From: a bacterium
GTDB lineage: Bacteria > Patescibacteriota > Microgenomatia > Woykebacterales > RBG-16-39-9b
Assembly: GCA_030704665.1 (NCBI GenBank)
Contig: JAUYID010000009.1
Span: 793,702-857,701 of the forward strand
Length of the DNA: 64,000 nucleotides
Direction of reading: 5' to 3'
Position 1 is the stretch's first letter, and the number at the start of each line of letters is the position of its first letter. The translations under genes and the position numbers were made by a program. This document shows positions 56,849-64,000 of this stretch, piece after piece. The notes beneath the pieces are model-generated. The model ran no database searches, had not been told where the DNA came from, and saw nothing but the letters and a program-made list of their open reading frames with translations.

Positions 56849-57508
56849 CTAGCCTTTTTGCACTAGCCTGTCAACGATTTTTTTGATTAGGTCCCAAGCA
56901 AAGCCACGGCGGGCCAAAAACTGACTAAGTTTTCGCCGAAATTCCTCCTTTGCTAAACCCCTCAAGGTTTTTGCTTTTTTCTGCGCAATCTTGTTTGCTT
57001 TTTCTTCTTCTGATTCAACTTTGTTCAAAACTTCGTTAACAACCTCTTTGTTGACCCCCTTCATGACTAGCTCACTTCTCAAGATTCTCTCTGAAATACT
57101 TCTTATTTCCCCTCTTTCTTTCACCCACCAACTAGCAAATTCAGTATCATTCAAATAATTAAGTTCTTTTAATTTAGCGGTAACTTGGTCCATGGAACCT
57201 AAGTATTCCTGCTTCTCTTCTTCGGTTTCCAGGTCTTTGAGCTTGCCCTTGTAGGTCAAATAGTCTTTGACTTCCTTTTCCGAGTGAGGTCGGGAGCCGA
57301 GGAAACGCAGGGCTTTGTTTAGTAGTCTTTCAACTTGATCTTTGTGAATGAGATCCTTAATTTCGCTGTCAGTAACTTGCCTACCGATTTTGAGCTTGTT
57401 GAGGTAAGCAATCTCGGCTGAACTTCCGAAAGCAAACTCCTCGTCAATGAAAACATTGACTCGGTCAGCTCTTTTCTTTTGTTTTTCTACAGCAGTAATT
57501 AAGCCCAT
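56849..57508 (-). CDS. recX: RecX family regulator
   Basis: RPHSEKEV, YLNDTEFA, FLARRGF. Confidence 0.9.
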   Translation of the reverse strand: MGLITAVEKQKKRADRVNVFIDEEFAFGSSAEIAYLNKLKIGRQVTDSEIKDLIHKDQVERLLNKALRFLGSRPHSEKEVKDYLTYKGKLKDLETEEEKQEYLGSMDQVTAKLKELNYLNDTEFASWWVKERGEIRSISERILRSELVMKGVNKEVVNEVLNKVESEEEKANKIAQKKAKTLRGLAKEEFRRKLSQFLARRGFAWDLIKKIVDRLVQKG

Positions 57509-57581
57509 ATAAATTGATTTTGAGGTTACTTTTTAGTATAATACGCCGTAACTGAGCGGAATTCAAAGAAGGAGTCTGATC

Positions 57582-58040
57582 ATGCCGATTCCAGGTGTTG
57601 TCATAGTGAAAGGTGAGACCCTCGTTGCTGACGAACAGGTCGTGATTACCCAACATGGTAAAGATCTCGTCTGCACTGTTCAGCTCATGGAGAGTAAGGT
57701 CTGGGCAGTTCACCCGAAACTCATCAACGAGGGAAGAGTGTGTATCTGGCCGCGCGACAAAATCGCCAAGTACAACTCGAGGAAGGCTAGTCCCCAACCG
57801 AAGTACAAGCTTGTCCGCGCCCGAGAAGCCACTGGCCTCTATCCCGTCCTTTACGAGGGGAGAACCCTGAAAGTTGTTCCACGCTGGGGACAGAGTCCGG
57901 AGTTCTGGGATGGTGGGGCCAAGGTCAAGGTCCCTGACAACGACTTCGTCATCATCAAGATTGAAGAAACCCACCCAGCTGCAGCAACAAAACCTTCTCT
58001 CTGGAAGCGCCCACTGAAAACACTAGGCATCGTGAAGTAG
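57582..58040 (+). CDS. Hypothetical protein
   Basis: AAGGAG RBS; upstream TATAAT; converges on recA at a shared terminator. Confidence 0.68.
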   Translation: MPIPGVVIVKGETLVADEQVVITQHGKDLVCTVQLMESKVWAVHPKLINEGRVCIWPRDKIAKYNSRKASPQPKYKLVRAREATGLYPVLYEGRTLKVVPRWGQSPEFWDGGAKVKVPDNDFVIIKIEETHPAAATKPSLWKRPLKTLGIVK

Positions 58041-58060
58041 ACGTCAGCCACGGACTGCTC

Positions 58061-58096
58061 AAACCCAGTCGGAGAGAAACTCTTTCCGACTGGTTT
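58061..58096. terminator. Bidirectional terminator
   Basis: ccagtcggagag-aaa-ctctttccgactgg hairpin between convergent genes. Confidence 0.75.
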
Positions 58097-59123
58097 AGTC
58101 CTCCTCTGGACCTACAACCATCGGAGTTTTACCATTCGCCATTGCTTCTCGAACTTTTTTGTCAATCTCAGCATAGATCTTGGTGTTTTCAGCTAAATAC
58201 ATTTTGGCTGCTTCCCGTCCCTGAGCAATTTTTTGTTTGTCATACTCAAACCAAGCTCCGGCTTTTTGGATGATTCCAGTATCAACTGCGGCATCGAGCA
58301 TCGAGCCTTCCCGGGAAATACCTTTGTCAAACATAATGTCGAACTCGACTGTTCGAAAGGGCGGCGCAACTTTGTTTTTGACGACTTTGACTTTGACTTT
58401 GTTGCCCACCACTCGGTCTCCATCGGTAATGCTCTCAACCCGACGGACCTCAAGACGTACTGAGGAGTAAAACTTCAAGGCTCGTCCACCCGGGGTCACC
58501 TCAGGATTGCCGAACATGATTCCCACCTTTTCCCGCAGCTGGTTGATGAAAACTACCAAAGTGTTTGATTTGGAAATTGCACTAGTAAGCTTTCTCATTG
58601 CTTGAGACATAAGCCTAGCCTGAAGACCGACGACCGCATCCCCCATATCCCCTTCAACCTCAGCGCGAGGAACTAGAGCCGCCACCGAATCAATGACCAC
58701 AATATCAATTGCTCCGCTGCGAACTAAAGTCTCAACTATCTCGAGAGCTTGCTCACCGGTATCTGGTTGGGAAATAAGCAATTCTTTGATGTTAACCCCG
58801 ATTGTTTCCGCTCGCTGTGGGTCCAGTGCATGCTCAGCATCGACAAAAGCGGCAGTTCCCCCTTTTTTCTGAGCCTCAGCAACGACATGAAGAGCAAGAG
58901 TCGTTTTTCCGCCGCCTTCCGGGCCAAAAATTTCCACAATTCTTCCTTTTGGCAAACCCCCGACTCCAAGAGCCATGTCCAAACCCAAAGACCCGGTCGG
59001 AATGACATCTACATTCATCTTGTCCCCAGCTTCTCCGAGCTTCATGATCGCGCCTTTACCAAACTGTTTTTCGATTTCCGCCATTGCAGTTTTGATGGCT
59101 TCTAGTTTTCCGTCTGTAGACAT
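58095..59123 (-). CDS. recA: Recombinase A
   Basis: [40 protein letters not shown]. Confidence 0.98.
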   Translation of the reverse strand: MSTDGKLEAIKTAMAEIEKQFGKGAIMKLGEAGDKMNVDVIPTGSLGLDMALGVGGLPKGRIVEIFGPEGGGKTTLALHVVAEAQKKGGTAAFVDAEHALDPQRAETIGVNIKELLISQPDTGEQALEIVETLVRSGAIDIVVIDSVAALVPRAEVEGDMGDAVVGLQARLMSQAMRKLTSAISKSNTLVVFINQLREKVGIMFGNPEVTPGGRALKFYSSVRLEVRRVESITDGDRVVGNKVKVKVVKNKVAPPFRTVEFDIMFDKGISREGSMLDAAVDTGIIQKAGAWFEYDKQKIAQGREAAKMYLAENTKIYAEIDKKVREAMANGKTPMVVGPEED

Positions 59124-59267
59124 GTGAATTCCTCCTTAAAAATTAGTCTTATAAGAGTAGATATTATCGTTAACGTACCATAAGAAATGGGGTGTGACAA
59201 GCGATCATTTTTGGGGATTTTTCTGGATGGTTGCTTTTAAATCCTGCTTTGCTCTAAAATAAAGATA

Positions 59268-59474
59268 ATGGACAAAAGCTTTAGGTCAGTACTCACTCTA
59301 GTTGCCTTCATCAGTATTTTGGTCTGTGCTTTGCTCGCCATTGCTTTGATTCTTGATCTTGCTCCTTCTGAGGAACTTCGCACCGCACTCTCAAAAACTC
59401 TGCAGGTCCTAGGAGTGATAGCAATCGCTTCCCTTGCCATTTCATTTATCTTTTCCCTAACCAACAAATCTTAA
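59268..59474 (+). CDS. Small two-TM membrane protein
   Basis: TAAAAT-7nt-ATG; two hydrophobic helices. Confidence 0.62.
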   Translation: MDKSFRSVLTLVAFISILVCALLAIALILDLAPSEELRTALSKTLQVLGVIAIASLAISFIFSLTNKS

Positions 59475-59487
59475 AATTTTTCTAGCA

Positions 59488-59516
59488 TTGAAGATTGACC
59501 GCAAAGTAAATATAAT
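59488..59516 (+). promoter_or_regulatory. Sigma70-type promoter
   Basis: TTGAAG-17nt-TATAAT upstream of the structured leader and tRNA-Pro. Confidence 0.65.
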
Positions 59517-59534
59517 CTGCTAACTCCTTTAGTT

Positions 59535-59636
59535 CGGGGAGTAGGACTTTTTTGAGAGTTATATCAAAAAAGATCCTGCGGGCTTTAAAAGCCCTTAGTT
59601 CAGTGGTAGGCTAGTCTTACCGACTGGTCCTCCCAC
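59535..59636 (+). ncRNA. Candidate structured RNA (three hairpins) upstream of tRNA-Pro
   Basis: Stems 59541-55/59564-79, 59580-84/59590-94, 59601-10/59616-26; possible closing GGGA/TCCC. Confidence 0.45.
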
Positions 59637-59654
59637 TTCACAAATTAATAATAT

Positions 59655-59729
59655 CGGGGTGTAGTTCAGTGGTAGAACGCAGGGCTGGGGGTCCTGATGT
59701 CGTAGGTTCGATTCCTATCACCCCGACCA
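59655..59729 (+). tRNA. tRNA-Pro(GGG)
   Basis: CGGGGTG acceptor stem, CAGGG-CT-GGG-GG-TCCTG anticodon arm, GTTCGATTC, ACCA. Confidence 0.96.
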
Positions 59730-59795
59730 AGGTTTTTGAAGCTAAAACCCTTCTCAACCCTAAAATTTAATCGAACCTTATGCTAGAATTTAGGG

Positions 59796-60515
59796 GTGAA
59801 TATTTTGTTTTTTCTCTCCGCCTATGTCGCTGAAATCATTGGCACAACTGCTGGTTTTGGCTCCTCCACTGTTTTTCTCCCATTAGCGTTACTGTTTTTT
59901 GATTTTCGGACAGCTTTAGTCTTAGTTGCTTTCCTTCATATTGCCGGAAGTATCGGCAGGATTAGTTTTTTCCGATACGGGTTAGACCGAAATCTTATTA
60001 TTAAGTTCGGGATTCCTAGCGTTGTATTAACTTTGGTCGGGGCTTTACTTGTTGCTCAACTTAACCAAGAGGTTTTGAAAGGTATTCTTGGTACCTTCTT
60101 AATAATGTACGCCAGTTACTCTCTTTGGAAGGAAATTTTTCAGTTTAGTGCTACAACAACCAATGCAGTGATTGGTGGAAGTCTGTCTGGATTTCTGGCC
60201 GGACTCATTGGAACAGGAGGGGCCTTGAGAGGAGCGTTTCTGACTGCCTTTGGGTTACCAAAAGAAAAGTATATTGCCACCGCTGCTTCTATCGCCCTTG
60301 CGGTTGACTTAACAAGAATTCCGGTCTACCTACAACAAGGCTTCTTAGACCAAAAGTATTACTGGTATTTACCGGTGTTAGTAGTTTTGGCTTTTGCGGG
60401 CTCGTTTACTGGAAAACAAATCGTTCAACGTTTGCCCCAAGATAAATTTAAGAAAGTTGTTTTGGTAGCAATTCTCTTGATTGGTTTGAAGTTTATTTAC
60501 GATTGGTTGTTTTAA
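59796..60515 (+). CDS. TauE/SafE family sulfite exporter-like membrane protein
   Basis: AGFGSST...GLIGTGG pattern; about 8 TM helices. Confidence 0.85.
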   Translation: MNILFFLSAYVAEIIGTTAGFGSSTVFLPLALLFFDFRTALVLVAFLHIAGSIGRISFFRYGLDRNLIIKFGIPSVVLTLVGALLVAQLNQEVLKGILGTFLIMYASYSLWKEIFQFSATTTNAVIGGSLSGFLAGLIGTGGALRGAFLTAFGLPKEKYIATAASIALAVDLTRIPVYLQQGFLDQKYYWYLPVLVVLAFAGSFTGKQIVQRLPQDKFKKVVLVAILLIGLKFIYDWLF

Positions 60516-60690
60516 CTAGCCAAGAAAAACCTATTTAGGTTCGCGGGGCTGAAATCTAAAGAGTTCGTCTGAGGACAAAGTTTCCTGATACGTCCAACAA
60601 GGCCGACCAACACAATTTGTGCCTGAGTTACTCTATATCATAATATATCAAGGCTGAAGTGTTATCTAACCTCTGAGGCTAATAAGCACG

Positions 60691-61407
60691 TCAATTAGAT
60701 ACAATTAGACTTGCAGACATTGTTGAAGCGTGAGCACTACAGTGGTAATTATATTGACCTAAAGTCGTGAAGATTTGAGAAAAAGTTTGTCCTTGAGTTA
60801 ACTCTCTTGAGTTCTGTTGTGGAAAATAAGTGTGTTCTGGGTGAGTTTCTGTATTAACAAAGTGTCCAACACTATCTTGATTTACCCAAACAACTTTAGT
60901 TCCTGGTGAAATAATTACTTTATCCTCCCCAAACTTAATATCTTTCATTTCAATCGCAACTTCTGTTTGACCTCTTAAATCTTTGTATGAGGCTTTTTTT
61001 GAAAAATCAATTGTAAAGGAAAAATTACCCTCGTGGCAGCTATCGTCAGGCCAACAAGCCGTATATTTTACTAAATATTCGCCATTAAGCATCTCTCCCT
61101 TAAGCATCCTCTTCAGAGCTGTTTTGGAATCCTCAATTAAAACTTCTCCCTCTGACCACTCCTTCCCAGATTTATCAGTAACAGATACCCTACTTTTATC
61201 TGAGAGGTCAAAATCAAAGTTTATTGTCACGTTTATTGGTTGGGCTGCATAAGTTTCGTTGTGTAGTGGGGTTGAGTCCAGGAAATGAGGGGTTTTCTTC
61301 TGTCCCTTGGAGGAAGTTTTGTCTTGGTTGAGAAAAAACACCACTCCAACCACAATCAGTAAAGAAGTAGCAGCTATCCCAGTTAAAATTATATAAGTTC
61401 GTTTCAT
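60691..61407 (-). CDS. CopC-like domain fused to a type-1 cupredoxin domain, membrane-anchored
   Basis: PHFLDSTP...YTACWPDDSCHEG; C-terminal H...YHCSAHASTM. Confidence 0.78.
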   Translation of the reverse strand: MKRTYIILTGIAATSLLIVVGVVFFLNQDKTSSKGQKKTPHFLDSTPLHNETYAAQPINVTINFDFDLSDKSRVSVTDKSGKEWSEGEVLIEDSKTALKRMLKGEMLNGEYLVKYTACWPDDSCHEGNFSFTIDFSKKASYKDLRGQTEVAIEMKDIKFGEDKVIISPGTKVVWVNQDSVGHFVNTETHPEHTYFPQQNSRELTQGQTFSQIFTTLGQYNYHCSAHASTMSASLIVSN

Positions 61408-61892
61408 AACTTAACTGAGAAGCCAAAAGAACCTTGATGGCAGCTTCCATCTGGCCAGCAAGCAGAATAAGAAACGGAGTAGTTTCCAGTTTGAGAGGTG
61501 TTTATAGGTACATTAATATTAAGCTTATCGGAACTTATTTGCTTTTCTCCGGTAACAACACTAACCCCATCGCGTGTGACTTCAATAGTCGAGTTGTTCG
61601 CCAGGTCAAAGTTAAACTGAATTGATACCTGATTTAAACTTGTGGTTAACAGCTCATTATTGGCTGGGGCGCTAGACACATAATGGGGCGTCTTAATGTT
61701 TTGAAAAGTTTCCTGGATAAACTCTGTGTTTGTAGGGATTGTTGAGGTAGCCTCGTCTGTTGAATTTGTAGAAGAAGTTAGTGAAGATGTTGTGTCCTCA
61801 CCTGTCTTAATATTGTTGTAGTAAAGGATAAGAACTACGGTGATTAATGCCAAAATTACTACGCCAGCTGAAATAATCGCCACTTTTTTCAT
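61404..61892 (-). CDS. CopC-like copper-binding protein, membrane-anchored
   Basis: PHYVSSAPANN...GNYSVSYSACWPDGSCHQGSFGFSV. Confidence 0.78.
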   Translation of the reverse strand: MKKVAIISAGVVILALITVVLILYYNNIKTGEDTTSSLTSSTNSTDEATSTIPTNTEFIQETFQNIKTPHYVSSAPANNELLTTSLNQVSIQFNFDLANNSTIEVTRDGVSVVTGEKQISSDKLNINVPINTSQTGNYSVSYSACWPDGSCHQGSFGFSVKL

Positions 61893-62143
61893 ATTAAAGC
61901 TATTCTAACACATAAAATTAAAATCCTGACTGAAAACGGTTTAAATTTGCAGGAGAGAAATTAAAAGAATTTAATTGAGACCAGAGGTGCCTGAAGTTTC
62001 TTAACACAAGATTCTTTAGAATTTTACATCGTCTACCTGTCTTACAGCTCCAAAGCCGAGCAAAAACGAAATATACCCGTCCACAATTCCTTTATTAAAA
62101 TAACCAGTTTGCGATACTTACAAGAAAGGATATAATTTACTCA

Positions 62144-62719
62144 ATGGTCGAGAATCCAAATTCAACAAACCAACCAAACACTCCCAATAATAAAGTGAGT
62201 AGTTTGTCTAAAAGGAAACTGGTTTGGGTGGTTTCAATAATTGCCCTGATAATATTAGCTGTTGTATTGTACTTAACTTTTGTATCGGACAACCAAAAGA
62301 CAACTGATACGAACAAGGCCGATAATAAAACGGCAACAAAAAGTGTTGGAAAAAATTCAACCGCAGCAAATACTAAAGAAGATACGAAAACGGTCGAGGA
62401 GGGTGCTACTACTCAGAAAGAGGGGGAATTAATTATTACTGAAAAAGACTTTGGTCAGTTCTTTGCCATAAGTAATGGCCAACAAGTTTTTCTGAGGTTG
62501 TCAAACAAGTACAGTTGGTCAGAAACAGAACCAAAGACCACCGGGGAAATTACGTTAGTTCCGACTAACTATAAAACTGACCCAGGTTTCAAAGAATGGC
62601 AGGTGAACTACACAACCTCTTCAACCGCAACTATTGAATCAAATATCACAACCGGAACACTGGGAACAGATGCGGAAATTACAAAGTTCTTTGTCACCCT
62701 AAAAATCCAAAAGATCTAA
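62144..62719 (+). CDS. Membrane-anchored hypothetical protein
   Basis: TATAAT-7nt-ATG; TM helix, Thr/Lys-rich linker, beta-rich C-terminus. Confidence 0.68.
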   Translation: MVENPNSTNQPNTPNNKVSSLSKRKLVWVVSIIALIILAVVLYLTFVSDNQKTTDTNKADNKTATKSVGKNSTAANTKEDTKTVEEGATTQKEGELIITEKDFGQFFAISNGQQVFLRLSNKYSWSETEPKTTGEITLVPTNYKTDPGFKEWQVNYTTSSTATIESNITTGTLGTDAEITKFFVTLKIQKI

Positions 62720-62804
62720 AGAAGTGTTCCTAAGTCCAGAGATTTCTCAAATTGCCTGCTGCGCGAAGCTTTAGCGAAGTGTAGTCCAACAAGGACGACC
62801 AAAT

Positions 62805-63089
62805 TTAGGCAAGTTTTGCTCGATGTTGAAGAATGTTAGCCCATGTTAAGGCCTCTTCGGCCCAAACTTCGTCGTATGAAGATTTGCTCTTTAATTCGTT
62901 AAAGGCAGATTTGAAATCCTGAATTGTTTTTTCAAACCGAGAATTCTTCTTAACATTTTCTAATTCAATTAAATAATCTTGAGTCTCACTAATAAAGGCG
63001 GGGATCCGTGCTGTCTTTCCCTCATCTGCCCAACGACCCAGTCTCCCTAAATTTACAGCAATGTTTAAAGTTATTTCTTGTGCAGTCAT
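62805..63089 (-). CDS. Small helical hypothetical protein
   Basis: 94 aa; ATGA-type coupling to the upstream gene. Confidence 0.68.
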   Translation of the reverse strand: MTAQEITLNIAVNLGRLGRWADEGKTARIPAFISETQDYLIELENVKKNSRFEKTIQDFKSAFNELKSKSSYDEVWAEEALTWANILQHRAKLA

Positions 63090-63415
63090 TTTAGTAGCTT
63101 AATGATAATTTCTGTCATTGCCGAGCGGGTTTCCTCATCCAACACCTCACGACTATTATTGTTCTGAATAGGTCTTAAGTTTATCATTGAGTCGTAATCA
63201 ATTTCACCTGTTTCTAAATCTAAACCCCCACCCCAAAGACTGCTTTGCTTACTTCCGTTTTGCAACAACATTTGCTCTCCGTCAAAATGTCTTTTACCTC
63301 CGGCCGTTAGGATTTCTTTTTCAATATCGACGACTACTTTAATATAGCCATCAAACTCTTCGGCTGCTTTCTTGAGATTTTCTTCTGAGATTGACTTATC
63401 AATTAGTAACAACAT
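63086..63415 (-). CDS. DUF5674-like protein
   Basis: IKVVVDI...GG..H.DGE..LL..GS.Q..LWGG...SMINLRP. Confidence 0.75.
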   Translation of the reverse strand: MLLLIDKSISEENLKKAAEEFDGYIKVVVDIEKEILTAGGKRHFDGEQMLLQNGSKQSSLWGGGLDLETGEIDYDSMINLRPIQNNNSREVLDEETRSAMTEIIIKLLK

Positions 63416-63532
63416 ACAGCTGCCATTTTAACACGTAGTGAGAAAATATCGATCGTAATAATGATAAATGCAGTATTTCTCGGAAACTTCCCTTTGATCG
63501 ATATTCTAGCATTTTCTATAAAACCCCAAAAC

Positions 63533-63579
63533 TTGACATATACGCCAGTTCTGTTACAATTCCAGTTAGACTTGTAACA
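63533..63579 (+). promoter_or_regulatory. Promoter with an overlapping inverted-repeat operator
   Basis: TTGACA-16nt-TACAAT; TGTTACAA-12nt-TTGTAACA inverted repeat covers the -10 and start site. Confidence 0.6.
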
Positions 63580-63585
63580 ATTTCT

Positions 63586-64000
63586 ATGGAAAAGGTAGCT
63601 AATTTGTACACAGCTCAGGAATTGGAAGAACTTCTCGGGAAGAAGTACTTTTATAGACAGGGAATATATCGACTTGCTGAAGACGGCAAAATAAACTCTT
63701 ACCAAGTCAGTGGTGTGTTGTATTTCTCCCGTGCTGAATTAACTCTGGCAGCTCTTAACAAACTGGTAGAACGAATCAGGTATAGATATCCTTGGGTGAC
63801 TAGGTTTCCACTAAAGGTTAGGGATACCGATAGTAAAGAGATAATAGTTTACGGGTTTCCTGATGGCAGAGAAATAGCGGCCGATACAGAAAGTGAAACA
63901 GAAGAAGATTTATTAAATAAACTTGAAATTCTACGAGAGGAGGTGACAAGAATGGCAGACATACCAGTTAACCCACCACATGAACCAGGACCACTACCCC
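63586..64000 (+). CDS. HTH_17/excisionase-like N-terminal domain protein, partial
   Basis: MEKVANLYTAQELEELLGKKYFYRQGIYRLAEDGKINSYQVSGVLYFSRAEL...; open to the window end. Confidence 0.65.
   Translation, partial: MEKVANLYTAQELEELLGKKYFYRQGIYRLAEDGKINSYQVSGVLYFSRAELTLAALNKLVERIRYRYPWVTRFPLKVRDTDSKEIIVYGFPDGREIAADTESETEEDLLNKLEILREEVTRMADIPVNPPHEPGPLP

Larger units (their letters stand above)
60592..62802 (+). repeat. 19-bp direct repeat (60592-60610; 62784-62802) resembling a tRNA 3' end
   Basis: GTCCAACAAGGCCGACCAA vs GTCCAACAAGGACGACCAA (18/19 identical). Confidence 0.75.

Noticed and set aside
59124-59260. LexA/SOS box upstream of recA
   Set aside because: Only a short CGTTAACG palindrome is visible, with no match to a LexA consensus I can support.
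59535-59640. A second functional tRNA, or SRP RNA
   Set aside because: No TTCRA T-loop, anticodon arm or CCA, and no SRP helix-8 motif; kept only as an unclassified structured RNA candidate.
63403-63705. 100-aa minus-strand ORF
   Set aside because: It spans a promoter/operator region and is antisense to the better-supported HTH gene at 63586.

Overview
Chromosomal segment of a small-genome bacterium (genetic code 11). Gene content points to Patescibacteria/CPR, probably Microgenomates-like; this is inferred from compact aspS and miaB, many CPR-type hypothetical genes and mostly leaderless starts. Core genes: tkt-N, rpe, rpiB, gap, gltX, aspS, recJ, secD/secF, miaA, miaB, HU, ymdB, rny, recX, recA, RNase P RNA, tRNA-Gln(CTG) and tRNA-Pro(GGG). 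The main feature is an ~8.9-kb phage-satellite-like element (31456-40354) integrated in comM/yifB. It carries a large serine recombinase, an unannotated Xis-like HTH gene, an AAA+ helicase-like ATPase, a stand-alone CHC2 primase zinc finger, a small terminase subunit and a membrane-anchored thermonuclease, but no capsid or TerL genes. Its attP can be reconstructed exactly (12-bp inverted arms around a 9+CC+9 core) and lies inside the 3' end of the integrase gene. Integration therefore fuses the integrase in frame to the ComM C-terminus and gives the integrase stop codon to the ComM N-terminus. Other signals: four 28-bp iteron-like repeats in the element, an N-terminal GPSPEEMG peptide shared by two unrelated orphan proteins, a tandem histidine kinase/His-less pseudokinase pair, tRNA-3'-like direct repeats delimiting cargo blocks after tRNA-Pro, and a structured RNA candidate upstream of that tRNA. 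All family assignments come from motif recognition, not database searches.
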